A stretch of 64,000 nt of DNA from the human T2T-CHM13v2.0 reference genome, Homo sapiens (GCF_009914755.1 NC_060939.1), one strand, 5' to 3'. Positions 15,227-31,480 are shown, numbered from the stretch's first letter. The notes: generated from the sequence alone by a model not told the origin. A program made the numbers and translations.

Positions 15227-16039
15227 CTGAATTAATTTCGACACTAAACCCAACTGAGATGTCAGGAAGCCCAGTTTCATCCACATCCCAGTAGGCAATA
15301 GTGTTTCCTGAAGTCGAGTTCTTGCTTTCCTTAAAGGTCGATTCCTTTATAAGGTCTGGTTTATGTGACTATATGAAACTGCAAATGTGTTCATGGATCT
15401 CTGCTGCTGTAGACGGGCGAAACTCTAAGGAAGCCCTAATACCACAGTGAGAACCAAAATACAGCCTTCCACTTGAGGAGCACTCGCAAACCGAAAGCAT
15501 TGCATAGGTTGAACGAGGGAAGCTGGCTCTTACCAATTCACAAAATTAAGATAACTCCAATGTCTGCGGAGGTGCTCTGACAGGTCTTGCATTGTGCTCT
15601 GTGGACACAAGGAAGTTCCCTCTTGTTGAAAGCTGTGCTCACAAAACAAGCAGAAGGGAAATGACACACAGCACAGGGCCTCCACCAAGGGACAAAGGTT
15701 CCAGAGTCCAATCAGCAGAAGTGGATTGCGTGGGCACCCCTCACGTAATGCATGGGCTCACAGCAGGTCCTCAATAGTGAGATTGGAAACTCCAGATTCC
15801 CCTAGGGAGCACTCTCTTGCAGAGCAATCCACTTCTGCAACACTATATCTTAGCCCAGGAGGGAACATTTATCCTCTCCTAAATTTAGAGATAATAGAAA
15901 GTGACAACCTAATAAAGCAATATCACTTCATTTTGCTTTCTTCTTTGGAACATACACTTACTTGCACACTCACTTGCAAAAATGTTTGCACTCACACCTG
16001 TCTGCATACACACTCACACAAACATACACACCTAAACAT

Positions 16040-16040
<1 letters not shown>

Positions 16041-16074
<34 letters not shown>
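16041..16074. repeat. (CA)n microsatellite
   Basis: Direct. Confidence 0.95.
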
Positions 16075-16077
<3 letters not shown>

Positions 16078-16325
16078 TCACTCACTCATGAGGAGATGCC
16101 TAGTGTTAACTGCGTCGATCTCACATTGTCACCTCTTCCTACTGGTAAGGAAATCCCTGCTCCAGAAACACACATACACACAGAGGAAGTTTCAAACCCT
16201 TTGCAACTGCTGATGCAATTAAACTACATTTAGGAAAATTGGAAATTTTATTAAATTCCCGTTTTTTTTTTTAAACAGTGAAAATATAGTTAAAGAGAAA
16301 AAAAGCATTTCACATTGTACGCTAC

Positions 16326-16461
16326 CTTGAACAGAATTAAAACATCTTACTGCTTTGGCTGTCTTTTTACTTCTGGAATAAGAAATGATCATTTCCAACC
16401 ACACAAAAAATTTTAAGTTTCCACACAATATAAGAAGATCTTTTTGGATAAATATTTCAGA
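16326..16461 (-). pseudogene. candidate fossil exon (SEIFIQKDLLILCGNLKFFVWLEMIISYSRSKKTAKAVRCFNSVQ)
   Basis: tttggctAG acceptor, AAG|GTAGCG donor, 136 nt, fully open. Confidence 0.5.
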
Positions 16462-16513
16462 CTAGCCAAATTATTATCAACTTCATGGCATTAATTTATT
16501 CATTTAGATCAGA

Positions 16514-16820
16514 GGTTCGGGTGCGGTAGCTCACACTGGTAATGCCAGCACTTTGGGAGGCCAAGATGAGTGGATCACCTGAGGTCCAGAGTTCAAGACC
16601 AGCCTGACCAAGACGGAGAAACCCCGTCTCTACTAAAAATACAAAATTAGCCGGGAGTGGTGGCACATGCCTGTAATCCCAGCTACTTGGGAGGCTGAGG
16701 CAGGAGAATCACTTGAACCCGGGAGGCAGAGAGGTTGCAGTGAGCCGAGATAGTGCCATTGCACTCCAGCCTGGGCAACAAGAGCAAAACTCCGTCTCAA
16801 AAAGAAAAAAAAAAAAAAAA
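16514..16820 (+). mobile_element. AluSp/Sq-like
   Basis: Full dimer; target-site duplication AGATCAGAG. Confidence 0.92.
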
Positions 16821-17411
16821 GATCAGAGTGCTGGTGCTGCACTCTCTGTACATGGTGATTTAATAGACTATAAATTAAAGGCAAAGAATCCATTATGAAG
16901 TCACCAGAATTTAAAAAAAAAATCTTCTTCGGGCCAAACTTATATTGCCATGAAATAAACACAGTTAATATGAAAAAACATGGTATGTCTCAAATAATCA
17001 TATTACCTACAGAACTGAATTTCTATGAATATCCACACTTGTTAGAATTAAAAATTTAATCTAAATAAAGTTATTGTATTGTCAAAGTCATTTATTTCTG
17101 TCTTTCCTGTTACAGATTTAATGTCCTTCAAGAAAATTATGAGATTGTTAAATTTAAAAACAAAAATGTCTCAGTATAAATTATGAGCTTGTTGACTATC
17201 CTTGAATGTATAAGAGAAAAACATGGAAGCCTCTTTGTAAAGGCTTAAAACTGACCGATCTAATTACCATACCCAGGCAGCTGTCTTTATTTTCCACTTA
17301 GATGATAGATTATGCTGCCTCCTTCAATTCCACGGCCAATGTAGCTAAATTTCATTAAAGACTAACAACTTGAAAAGCTTAGGGAAAAAGAGACTTGGGT
17401 ACAAAAACTAC

Positions 17412-17553
17412 CTTGCAAATTATACTTTTTCACTTCTAGTTTTCCTGTGATAGAGACAATTTTGGAAGCATGTGTAGGTAGCAGTTTTTTAAAAAAAATA
17501 TTTTGTCTTCTACATATTTGGACTTTTGAAGTCACTTTCTAAGCTTCTGAATT
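17412..17553 (-). pseudogene. candidate fossil exon (IQKLRK*LQKSKYVEDKIFFLKNCYLHMLPKLSLSQEN*K*KSIICK)
   Basis: ttgacAG acceptor, AAG|GTAGTT donor, 142 nt, three stops. Confidence 0.35.
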
Positions 17554-19280
17554 CTGTCAAGTAACTTGGGGTGGGACTGACTCTCCTTTGTAAAGAAAAC
17601 CGTGCTGAGTCAGAGCCTGAATACACCAGGCCCCCCAGGGACTGGTCACAGTGTATTCACAAAACAGAGGGGAAACCCTGTCTCCGCCTTGGCATCACTG
17701 CTGACCTGACTGTGAAGGTACGTGTTTAAGAGCAGTGTTTGTCCAGCCTAGGAAGTTTCCATACTCCTTTTATCTTTCTTCCTTATTTGGAACACGCACC
17801 ACTGTGCACACACACACGTGCACACATGTGCACACGCCTGGGAAGAGTCAGCAGCAGATCTTCCTGCAAGCCTGACAATGACTACTCCCCACAGCGCTGC
17901 ACAGAGGACGTGGGTGTGGCTGGGATTGTGGGCACTCATCCAAACAGGTCCACCCAAGAGACAAACTGTTGGAAACTATTTTCTCAGTAAATTAACCCAC
18001 ACAGAAGTCACCTCTGGGACGGCTCTTCCCGACACTGACGTGTCCTCTGGGTCTGGACTCTCCAGCTGTTCTCAAGCAGGACAGCCCTGTCCCCGCCTCA
18101 CCCCGGCTGAAATTCCAACACTCATCTGACATTTCATATCCCTGTTTCTGCTTTCTCGTCTACAGTTAGCACCGAAGACTTCAACCGTCTATCCAACTTT
18201 TCACATAGATCATGTAAGCACTATGGCAGGAAAGATGTTCCCCAGTTTTGATCAATGCACCTCCTAGAATGGCGTTAGAAACATAATAAATGCTCAGTAC
18301 GTATCTGCTGAATGAATTAAAACTTACAAAAATGAGTCTTTGAAAACACTGAGTTTTATATAAAATTATCAGTCTAGGGATCTCCTAGTTCTGCAGAAAT
18401 GACAAATGTTACAAATGAACTAGAAACTGCTACCCACAGAACATCTGAACGTATGCACCTTCGTGGCAGGGCTGCACGAATGTGCAGGTGAGAGACAGCA
18501 GACACCCCACGCAAAGTGGAGGAACCCGCTCCGAATCCACACTGACGGATGGGGTGGGGGAGGGGAGGCACCTTGGGAGAATCTCCTGACTTCACTTTTT
18601 CTGTTTCTCATCTATAAATTGGTGTGATAATCATTATCTCACAAGATTTATACTTAAAATTCTGTGAAATTGTGTTTAAAAATGTTTGCTCTACTACAGT
18701 TGTGGGAGATACAGTAGGCCTGGCGTGCAGGAGGCTGAACAAATGTGAGACATTGCCTGACAGTGTGATGCTCCACACGGGGGCCTCTCTCAATTCTTGG
18801 ATAACATCCATTCAACTCCAACTCTTACATCAAATCTTTACGTCTCAAGATCTCTGTTTCTTTTGCCAGAAGTGAAATAGCTGGGTGATTTAAGGTCCCG
18901 GAGCCATCAGCCCGGTGTCTAGGCCTCGCCTTCAGATTCTGGGGTCTGGGTGGGCCATGCCCACCGCCTTCCGGTTTTTGTTGTAGCCCCTCAACACTGC
19001 GCACTTTTTCAAATGCTCTTCATTAAATACAACCCTATTCCGCCTCTGGGGCACCATCTGACGGACGTCATTCCCTGTAGTGCCTGGCACCTGAGACCTC
19101 TCCATCCTGGCCTTCAGAGTCAGTTTCAAGCTCCTCTTTCTGGAACCTCCCTTGACCTCTCATGGCCCCAAACCCCTAACAAAAGCCCCCTGGACTCATC
19201 TCACTGCTCCATACTGGGCATCACTGGTGAATAGGCCTGAGTCCTCCACGTATTGGTCCCATGGCTGGTCTTTAGGTGGG

Positions 19281-19340
19281 GTGTGTGTGTGTGTGCATGC
19301 GTGTGTGTGCATACGTGCGTGTGTGTGTGTGTGTGTGTGT
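19281..19340. repeat. (TG)n-rich microsatellite
   Basis: Direct. Confidence 0.9.
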
Positions 19341-19837
19341 ACCCGTTCCGCACTGCCCACTCCCTCCAGGTTTCTCCAGGGCTTGGCCTGCTCCACACTT
19401 TCCCCATCTCTCAGTCCGGGGTACCCTGGACATATTCCTGCAGGCAACATGGGCCCTCTCAAGCCCAGGCTGCTGCTCCATGCACCCTCTCAAAGGTGGG
19501 GCTCCACGGCGCTGCTGTCTAGAGAGCTGTCACCAGTCTTCATCCACTGCAGCGAGGGCCTGGCTCCAGCAGCGTCCAGCAACTGCTCCTGGCATCTAGC
19601 AAGTTCTTATGCTTGGCACCTCCCTGGCAATAGCCTCCCCGGTCCCCAAGGGAAGGCTTCTAGCAAGTTCCACCAGTACAGCCCCTAAGTACCTTTCCTG
19701 CCATCCCCAAATTTAAGGCTGTGCCCCCTGCCATGGTTCAGGGGTTGGGAGGGTACTCTTCCCTGAGTGGGAGAACTCTGTCTCAGAGCCAGGGGCAGTG
19801 GCTGTCCCTTCATCAGCTATTCCCATATATATATATT

Positions 19838-20133
19838 GGAGACAGAGATAGGGTCTCTGTCCCCCAGGCTGGAGTGCAGTGGCATGATCACAGCTCACCA
19901 CAACCTCAAACTTCTGGTTCAAACCATCCTTCCCATTCAATCCCTTGAGCAGCTAGGACCACAGCTGCACACCACGATATCTGGCAATTTTTTTTCTTTC
20001 TTTCTTTTTTTTTTTTTGAGATGGGGTTTCTCTGTGTTGCCCAGGCTGGTCTGGAATTCCTGGCCTCAAACAATCCTCCTGTCTCAGCCTCCCAAAGTGC
20101 TGGGATTATGGGCGTGAGCCACTGTTCCTGGCT
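19838..20133 (-). mobile_element. AluJ-like
   Basis: Diverged reverse Alu dimer. Confidence 0.85.
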
Positions 20134-20557
20134 CCTATATTCTTCAGGGTCCTCTTTATTTCTTTTTTATTTATTTTTTTAAAGATAACAGCTTTATTGA
20201 GATATAATTCACATATCATTACTTCTTATAACCCAATCCCCAACTAAGAATTCTTCACATCAGACTTTCTCTGATTGAATCATGTGTGGTTTCTGTCTCC
20301 TGACTGGACCCCGCTGGATACCCTAAGTTCCTGCATTAATGACACAGCCCGCTCTTCTCCTTAACCTAAGCGTTGCAAATCACTTCTAATTTAAGTGATT
20401 TGCAAAGGGGCTCCCACTTCCAACTGATCATTCATTAAACTGGTAAAATATTATATTGTATTTCACATAAGTCAGTGTACAGATTATTACCAGTTCTTAA
20501 CCTGTCTGAGACAAGCTAACTCAGTATTACAAAAAAACTAATTGAAACACAGAGTAC

Positions 20558-20704
20558 TTAAATGTTCTTGGCATTTGTGGTTTTTCAATTGCTGGGGTTT
20601 AAAAGTCAAGAGACTTGCTTCCTTTACTTTCAGTGGGGTGGTTCATAGATTTCAGAATATAATGCATAAATGGGAATTTGGATACCAAAAAAATGTCTTT
20701 GGAC
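20558..20704 (-). pseudogene. candidate fossil exon (SKDIFLVSKFPFMHYILKSMNHPTESKGSKSLDF*TPAIEKPQMPRTF)
   Basis: Strong acceptor ttttttttttctctttccctaaAG, weak donor, one stop. Confidence 0.4.
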
Positions 20705-21072
20705 CTTTAGGGAAAGAGAAAAAAAAAAACCCAGAAAGTCGGGGGAAAAAGGTAATTGGGACCAGAATGTGCATGCAGGTAAAGAATTTTGGTGCTAATA
20801 AAACAATTTTTTAAAAACCCTCAGAATTGTTTAGGCTGTTAGTTTGGCCATTTTGACCAGATCATGGCTCAAAGCTACTTCCTCAGCATTCCTGGGGCCC
20901 TGAGAAGGGTGACGTAGATGTGTTGGTCTGCAGCCGTCCTCGAGTTTCAAACATCTAACTTGTAAGCAGCTCATTTATATAAAGCACCACCGAGCTATGA
21001 AGTGCTGCAGTTATTGTTTGGGTAAAAAGTGGGCGGGAGAGGACTGTAGATACGACTGGGTTCAGAAGTTGA

Positions 21073-21396
<324 letters not shown>

Positions 21397-22064
21397 TAGA
21401 GGAAGTTATTCTTGAGAGTTGATCAAGGAGATCTATCTGCGGCGTTCCCCTACCTGCCATGCCAAGTGTGCATGCTCCACCCTCCAGTGCTTAAATTCTG
21501 CTGTATTTTCCACCTTGTCTGAGGTTTCACCAGTAGATACTCATCTGCATTTGTTTAAGTGGCACTCACCCTCTGTGTGCACAGGCTGCTCCTCTCAGAG
21601 GTGACATTCGAGCTATCAGCCCTCTGCCTGCCCCTAACTCTAGCTGAGACCCCGGGAACTGAGAGGGGATGCTGTCCCTGGCTGATGTCAGTGTTAGTTC
21701 ACATCCCTGCAGAGGAGACGGGGCCAGGCCTAGGGGAGAAGCTGAGAGTGAGACGGGCTCACGCCCCTGACTTCCTGAAGAGAGCCGGGGGTGGGGGGTG
21801 GGCACGAGGGCCTGGGGCGAGGGGGTGGCATCGGATGGGGCCCACACCTATCACCAAACCCTGGAGCACAGTCATGGAGAAGCTGGGCGCCGCCAGGCTG
21901 TGCCTCGAGGGGCCCCTAACTCTTTCACCAGCTCTCCTGATCTAAATGAGAGCACTCCATTAACAACAACAAAAAATACTATTTTTAATTTTTATGTCTG
22001 CTTTGCCTTATTCCAAAAAGATTTGAGGCAGCTCACAAAAATACACTTGGCATAAAAGAAGGTT

Positions 22065-22067
<3 letters not shown>

Positions 22068-22102
<35 letters not shown>
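22068..22102. repeat. (CA)n microsatellite
   Basis: Direct. Confidence 0.95.
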
Positions 22103-22107
<5 letters not shown>

Positions 22108-23236
22108 AATGAGGAAATCATGGCGGAAATCAGCCCGGTTGGAACAGTCAGGCAGACGCCTGCCGCAGGCAGGCCGGGCGGGCGAGGTGCGGAGTACCTG
22201 GCCTGCTGCAAGTGTGTCAGGCATCTCCCCCTGTGACGGTGACCGGGGGCATCTAGAGCGGAGACAGGGATGCTAGAGCCCCCCACAACCCTGCCCAGCC
22301 AATCGCTCACCGCCCCACTCCCTACAGTGCCCTCGCTGAGGTCCACAGACAGCAGAGCCCACTGCCCCAGGGAAGCCCGATGGGCTGGTGCCGAGGCCGA
22401 TGGGGGAGGGCACTGTCTGATAGAGGAGGAAAAGCCCAGTGGCATCCTCCCTGTGAACCAGAGGCCGGCTTCCCCACCCTTCAGGGCAGGCCGACTCAGA
22501 CTTGCTGTCTAGGCCAGAGCAGGGCTGGGAGAAGGAGGCTTGGGAGGAGAAGGCTCGGGCCAGGCCCATTTCCTTGTAGGGTCTTCCTGATCTCTGAGGG
22601 CTCCTGCCCCTGTCAGTTCACCTGGCATTAGCACCTCACACTCCCGGCACAGACCTGGCGGGTGGGGCCCTTTCTCCCTGGAGCAGGGACAGATGTTGGG
22701 CAGCCCAATGGAGTCGGTGTGTGCAGCTGTCACACGTGCTTCCCTCCAGCCTCTCACCCCTCACCCTGCTGCACGGTGGCCAGGGCACACCAGAGGCAGG
22801 ATTCAGCTACGAAGACCTCGCGCTGAACCCAAACACCCTTGAGGAGAAAATGTTCCTGAGCATCCTGGTGGGAACAGGCCATGACTCCTGCTGCGTTGCC
22901 ATTTAGTAAACCAGTGAAACAGCTAGGTACGTGTTGACCATCAGCTGCTCATAAATGTTCCTTGTAACTTTACAGGAACAAATAACATTCTGCGAAACTT
23001 AGACATGCACAAAAGAAATCAGAGTCAGAGAAACTGAATCCTGCTTCCCACAGTCACAGGCGGGTCATGGGCTCAGGTAGGTCAGGGGTCCTCTCAGACC
23101 CTCAGACTCGTCTACTAGGAAAAACAGCCTGGTCTGACAGACAGGAAAATGCAGGTGCTCTGAGCCCCAGAAGGCTGTCATGGGGACACTGTGTGGCTGT
23201 AATGCCTGCAAGGCCCTGGAAACGTGGGTCACTTAC

Positions 23237-23441
23237 AAGCTCCGAGAAGCCGCGGACCACCTGCCGCCGCTTCAGGTTGGTCTCTCCATCCAGGTTGGCG
23301 GTCTCGATGTGGCATAGCCCGTCGGGGTCACTGGAGGAGAGCAGCAGAATGTCCGCAGGGAAGATTTCGTTGCAGCGAAGACGCACAAAGTCTCCCACGT
23401 GGATTTCTTTCCAGAATCGGTTCACGTATTTCTTTTCTTCC
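23237..23441 (-). CDS. ATP10A: ATP10A internal coding exon (probably exon 2), P4-ATPase actuator domain
   Basis: Acceptor gttttctAG at 23442-23443 and donor GTAAGT at 23231-23236. 205 nt = 1 nt + 68 codons: [68 protein letters not shown]. Contains the P4-ATPase VGD, PAD and DGETNLK motifs. Gene name and exon number are from recall. Confidence 0.95.
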
Positions 23442-23592
23442 CTAGAAAACAGATTTTGATTAACAAAACTCACGAGACATTGGTCGTGGCTGGATCTGGG
23501 TGATGGGCACGTGGGGCTCATATGGCAATTCTTTCTACATTTGCATAGGCTGAAAATTTTGATAATAAACAGGTGTTTTAAAAAGAATATTT

Positions 23593-23896
<304 letters not shown>

Positions 23897-23949
23897 GAAT
23901 ATTCATACCACTGAAGCTCACTCAAAGTAAAAGAAGAAAAGAGTATTCA

Positions 23950-24720
23950 TAAAGGCCACATATTGTATGACTCCATTGAACAAGCAAATGCATAGAGACA
24001 GAAAGTGGATTTGTGGCTGCCAAGGGCTGGGGGAAAAGGGAGTACCAGTCACAGCTTAACGGCAAGAGGCTTCTTTCTAGGAAGATATGAATATTCTGGA
24101 ATTAGTGACAGTTGCACAACACTGAATGCACTTGAATTTTTCACTCCAAAATGGTTAAAATGACCATTCCTAGGTCTACACTCAGAAGAGCTGAAAGCAG
24201 TGACTGGAACAGGTATAGCAAGCCAATGTTCACAGCAGCATCACTCAGAATTGCTAGGAGGTAGGATAATCCATGTATCCATGAACAGGTGAATAATAAA
24301 CAAAATGGAGTATTATCCAGTCATGAAGAGAAGTGCTATAATACTGAAGACATTGTGCCAAGTAAAATGAGCCATTCACAAAAGGACAACTCTTGCCGGT
24401 TCCACTTAATATAAGGTGCCCAGTGGGGGAAAATTCAGAGACAGAAAGTGGATTAGGCACCATCAGTGGCTGAGAGAGGCAGAATGGAGAGTTACCATTT
24501 TATAGACACAGAGCTGCTGTTTGGGGTGATGGAAAAGTTTTGGAAATACGTAGTAGTGATGATTGTACCACACCGTAAGTATCACTAATGTCACTGAATG
24601 GTACACTTAAAAATAGTTGAAATGGCAGATTTTATGTGCATTTTATAATTTAAAAAATGTAAAATGGTTAAAATATTAAATATTATATTTTGCATGTTTC
24701 ATCGTAATAAAAAATAATTA
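23950..24720 (+). mobile_element. old L1 (L1MB/MC-type) 3' UTR fragments
   Basis: GAGACAGAAAGTGGATT, GATGGAAAAGTTTTGGAAAT and ACTGAATGGTACACTTAAAAAT motifs. Confidence 0.7.
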
Positions 24721-25069
24721 AAACACGTTAAGCCACGTTAAGCCAAATGGGACTTAAAGTGCAGCAGGTAAGGGAGATACTTGGCAGTTGGAAGGCCCCC
24801 TTACCTCCCAGGGACACATTCCAAGCCACCTGCTTAGAACAACACCCAATACAGTCAGCCTGCAGAACCTACGAGTCACTATCAACAGATATTTAGATTA
24901 AAACATAATTTTTAGATTTCTTCTTTAATTCTTTTTCCTGGAATAACAGGCTAACTAATGTCACAAAGGTCATTTGTAAGAGTTCCTTGAAGGCGGTTTT
25001 GGCCATTTTTAAATAAGTGGAGGAACATAAATTTATCTGAACAAGGTATGTTACACCTTGGAAACATAC

Positions 25070-25479
<410 letters not shown>

Positions 25480-26685
25480 TTACTAATCCTCCCATCCTAC
25501 ACCCCCCATAAAACTCTACTCTCACCCGAGTTCCAAGAGAGCAAGGAGTTTGGTTTGTATCTGGAGGTGGACTGTGTGGGCCACATCTATCAGCTCCCTG
25601 AGCATTGGATGAGAAGTATGGAGAGTTTGCAGAGCTAGGAAGCCACACGCCAATTTTCTCTCTTCTATTTAATTCCCCTGTGTGGATTTGAGGGACCCCC
25701 CCCTGGCAAAGTTCCAGAGGCTCCTAGGAAACCATCGGCTGCCCTAGATGCTGAAGAGAGGAGTGTCCCCTGTCATTTTAAGCCTCTACTTTTTTTAAAT
25801 CCTCTAATTCAAGATCCACCAAACCAGTTATGTACAAAGCATAGCTCTGGGGCACTACGTTGGGAACAAAGATACATTAGATGATGCGGTTCTGACCTCG
25901 AAAACAAATGCAAGGCAAGCTATCACCGCTAGAGAGCGCCCTTTGGGGACTGTGGAGTCAAGCCCCTGAAAGTGTTCCCAAAGTTGTTCTTCCTGAGCTT
26001 ACCCAAGCATTCCTCAGAGCTGCTTCTCCTGCTGTGACAAGCTCGGTCACCTGCAGGCCATGTGGTCCCAGCATGGTCAGTCCAGGGAACCATGGGGTCC
26101 TCTGGCCATGCAGAGGCTCGTTCCTCAGGCCCCAGCCCGAGGTCTGAGAGGAGGCATGGCAGTGGCCCCCATCCCCAGGCCGTCCAGCTTATGAAGGCCA
26201 GTCGGACCCCTTCTGAGCACAGACAGGAAGCTATGATGACTGAGACACTGACATATCTAGCCACGTGCCTACTTCCTTTTCCAAAGGTCAAGCCTTGACT
26301 TCATGTCATTACAAGCTTTTTTGTCCTTCTTCCTTCTCATGAGCGTCTGCTGGGCTCCTGCAGAGGACACGAAGCCATTTGAAAGGGCCTGTCCCTTTGG
26401 AAGAAAGTTTCCCAATGCTCAGTCACAGTTTGCTCTCAGAGGAAGGCAGCCTATGCCCGAGCATCGGCGGGGCAGGCTTTGTTGCGATGGGGTCCCCAGG
26501 AGACCGGGCAGTCCTGGGCCTCACCCTGGGCGGAGGAGGTGAGACACCGCAAGGCACTGTCTCTGTTCAGTTTATGTTAACTACATTCCATGTATAACTC
26601 TCATCCAAAATAAAGTCAGTTTCCATCTGCTTTGTAATCATAAAACAATAGCTTGCCTGCCCCATCCAGGAGGCTTTTAAAATAG

Positions 26686-27354
<669 letters not shown>

Positions 27355-27399
27355 TCAACCCTGCCATGTCACCACTGGCTGCATTTCCCTAACAGCCTT

Positions 27400-27722
27400 T
27401 CCTAATGTCCCCTGAACTGTGTCCCCCGAGAGACTATTTGGAGAGAGAGGCTCTAAAGAGGATTAAAGTTAGAATGAGGCCATAAGGCTAGGCCCAAATG
27501 CAATGTGGCTGGGGTCCTTATAAGAGAAAGGCAGCAGAGGCGTGCGCACACAGCTATAAGGACAGGGAGAACATGGCGAGGGGAGGGGCCTCAGGAGGAC
27601 CCATCCTGCCCACACCTCGGTGTCTGACTTCCAGGCTCCAGAACTGCGAGGTGATACATTCCTGCTGTTGAAGTCACCCCATCTGTGGTCCACTGCCACG
27701 GCAGCCTGAGCTGACGAATACA
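27400..27722 (+). mobile_element. MLT1 LTR remnant
   Basis: GATTAAAGTTAGAATGAGGCCATAAGG...CTCCAGAACTGCGAG. Confidence 0.7.
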
Positions 27723-28774
27723 CTTAATAACGTCCATTCTCGTGACTCTGGCTGGAAGGAGCAGCTCACAGGCTGTAGTGACAGAAACTGAAGGGCAGGC
27801 AGAAGCAGTGAGTGGCAGGAGAGGCATCTCACCCTGCAATTTATCCCCATGCACAGGTTCTACATACCCCCAAGACAGAAATCGAGCCCACTGGCACAAC
27901 ACTCTTAATACCAGCCACTCAACCACGCCCTTCTTGAGGCTTTTATCAGCACGGACCTCTAGAGACAGGAAGAACGGCTGGCTGGGGAAGTCTGGCTGTG
28001 CTGCTGAAGAGGACGTCGTTGAATGGGCATCCAGTTCTCTGGCCCTGGTGGCTGGAATGGGGGCACCACCCACCTCGCCCAGGGGCAGGGTCTGCTTGGA
28101 GAAGGGACAGAGTCCAACAGTGACCAACTTTGAGTTCAAGAAGCTGGTGGGGCTGTGCGGGGTCCGCTCTCCGGAGGTGTCTCCAGCTTTGAAGACAGGC
28201 AGATGGAGACAGAAATATTTGGGGGTCTTAAGCACAGAGGTGACAGCAGCCCCCACTGTGGATGTCATCACTGAGAGCACCAGGGAGAAGTGTGGGGAGA
28301 AGGAGAGCTGAGGGCTGAGCACAGGCCATGCAGGCAAGGTCGTGCCCAGGCGGGGAAGCTGGCGTTGTGGCTGGGGGCAGAGAGGTGCCACGCCAGCACA
28401 CGGCATCAGGGTGGGCCAGGGCTGACCACACAGGGCCCGGAGGACACAGGGTTCCTGGGTGCCTGCCAGCCCAGCCAGCAGCCACAGGTCTGCCTCCACA
28501 CCTCGGCCTTCACCTCCCACGGCCGAGTGAACACGGCTGGAAGGACATCTCGAATGTGTGCCCGTCACCACCGCAGTTTTACTCCATTTTTGGAGACAGT
28601 AACTTCCAGTGGCACATCCATGAAGGCAGACAGTCCTCTTGCGCATCACTCAAGCACATTTCATGCCCAGCTGTAGCAAGACCATGTAGTCTTTTGAACG
28701 ACAGAACTGTTCTTCAGAAGTGGACCTCCCCTACAAAGGCCATGGACGACTAAGAGCTTGGGACAGGTCTTTAG

Positions 28775-29154
<380 letters not shown>

Positions 29155-29551
29155 CATTATCATCTTAATTGTAATAACAACATTAAAAAATCAGCAAAGC
29201 TGTGCTGGATATCCTATTATGACCCAGGCCTGCACAGAACATTTCACAGTCTCTCTCAGTGAACCCTCCCACGATCCTGACAGTATGTTCCCACTTACAG
29301 ACATGGAAACCAAACGCGCAGAGACTGACCTCCCAAAAGTCACACAAACCTGGGTGACTCCAGGGTCTGGGAAGCCTTAGAGAGATTTGGTTTTGAAAGC
29401 ACATCTGATCTGGTAGCCTAAAGGAGGAATATCTCATGAAGACTATAAAGTGCTAAGCAAAAAAGTTCTTCCATTTTTCCCTTTAAAATTATGCAGTGCA
29501 GAGACTAATGTGGTCTGAGATAAAATATCACTAAGCTTGAGAAACGGTGGA

Positions 29552-29880
29552 GGCCAGGCATGGTGACTCACATCTGTAATCCCAGCACTTTGGGAGGCTG
29601 AAGTAGGAGGATCATTTGAACCCAGGAGTTCAAGACCAGCCTGGGCAACATAGTGAGACCCCATCTCTCCAAAAAATACAAGAATGAGCCAGGTGTGCTG
29701 GCACACCTTGGTCCGAGCTACTCAGAAAGCTGAGGTGGGAGAATGACTTGAGCCTGGGAAAGTTGAGGTGGCAGTAAGCCCTGATTGCGCCACTGCAGTC
29801 CAGCCTGGATGACAGGGCAGGACTCCTTCTTAAAAAAAAAAAAAAAAAAAGAAGAAAGAAAAAGAAAAAGAAAAGAAAAA
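29552..29880 (+). mobile_element. AluJ-like
   Basis: Dimer with A/GAAAA tail. Confidence 0.88.
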
Positions 29881-31186
29881 GGTGGGAGGAAAGGCAGACA
29901 GTTCCAGATTTGTGCCAGTGTTTGACACAGACATGGAGTAACACAGTTCAGTCCATTTGCCAAAACCACTTCCAATGTGCAAACAACTGGAGGGGGCTTG
30001 TCCAAGATCAGGAGTCACCAAACTGTGTTTTTTTTGCTACAAACTGGGAAGTGCCCCCTACATCGGCCTGCATAGATGAGGGATGAACTCCTCCCTCACT
30101 GGTACCACCTGCAGTTGGGACCATCTGAGGTGTGGCCATAGAAGGACACTGCCCTCCCCCAGGATCACCTTGGGGACTTCCCTCTGGGCTAAACAAGCCA
30201 CTGAGAGAGTTCCCGCTAGGGCAGGGTAGCTGTTTATTCCCCTGGCTTTAATCAGGCTGATTTGGTGGCTTTGAGAGGTGCTCCCAACGTGGGCAGGGCA
30301 CACCTGACACTTGAGGGGCCCCAGCCTGGCCACCTGACAAGTTCCTTCTGCACAAAGCCGCCACACCCTTCCTCACAAAATCCCTCCTGCAGGAAACATG
30401 TAGGAGCAGCACTAAACAGCTGGCTTTGGAATGATCAATAATTAACGAGGGTGCTTCACATCTGGCCACTACTTTCATTTAGGGTCACAAAGCCACGGTG
30501 CACACACAGTCTCAAGTGCATTGATGACTCATCCCCAGTAAGACAGGGCGCCAGCCCAGAAGCCTGGACTCTGAGTGCCCGAGTTCCTGATCTGCAGAAC
30601 GGGGGTCTGTAGGATCGCTACAGTCTCCCCCAGCAGACACTGACCCATTTCCCCGTAGCCCTCTGCTCCCGTCCCACCCGCTTCACGCTCTTCTGGCTGT
30701 CACCAGACTGTCAACAGTGACTGTTCAATTAAGTGAGAGGCCGTGGCCACTATTTTGACTTCACATCTCCTGTTTTCTTTTTGAGCATGGTTTTTCCTCA
30801 CTATTATTGTTGAAGTGAGTGTCTGATTTTGACTAAAACAATCAGAAATAGTACAAATGAGCAGCGTGTTATATCTTGTCTTTGATTTGTGGTTTGGAAT
30901 TAAAACAAGAGCTGTTACTTTGATTTTTTTATTAGAAAGATGGTAAGATTGCTTACAGGATTTCCATGAAATGGAGAACACAGACAGTACTGCTTGAGGT
31001 GCGGTGGTATATAAAATATGATTATGTGTTTAGTATCATTCTGTATTATTTCATTGGAAGAGAACAATTAATCCCTACAAAGAGAAAGCTCCAATTAAAT
31101 CTGTGTTACATTCGACTAAACCTAGAAAAATCCGGATGCTTTGTGCCTTATAGATGAAACAGGTAATGTGTTATTTTGCGGGGATG

Positions 31187-31480
31187 TTTGTTTTTGAGAC
31201 AGGGTCTTGATCTGTCATTCAGGCTGCAGTACAGGGCTGTGATGATAGCTCACTGCAGCCTCCAACTCCCAGGGCTGAAGGGATCCTCCCTCCTCAGCCT
31301 ACCAAGTAGCTGGGACGACAGGTGTGCACCACCACACCCAGCTAATTTGTTTTTTATTTTTTGTAGAGATGGGGTTTCACCATGTTGCCCAGACTGGTCT
31401 CGAACTCCTGGGCTCAAATATCCACCTGACTCAGCCTCCCAAAGTGCTGGGATTACAAGAGTGAGCCCCCATGCCTGGCC
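31187..31480 (-). mobile_element. AluJ-like
   Basis: Reverse dimer. Confidence 0.88.

Noticed and set aside
22120-22420. CpG island or imprinting control element
   Set aside because: Only a short CpG-enriched patch, and methylation or imprinting cannot be inferred from sequence.
23102-23521. 139-aa ORF as a standalone protein
   Set aside because: Only 23237-23441 is bounded by splice sites; the flanks are intronic read-through.
27591-28649. 352-aa minus-strand ORF as a gene
   Set aside because: GC-rich, no recognisable domain, and it ends inside an MLT1 LTR, so it is probably a chance ORF. Parts could still overlap fossil exons.
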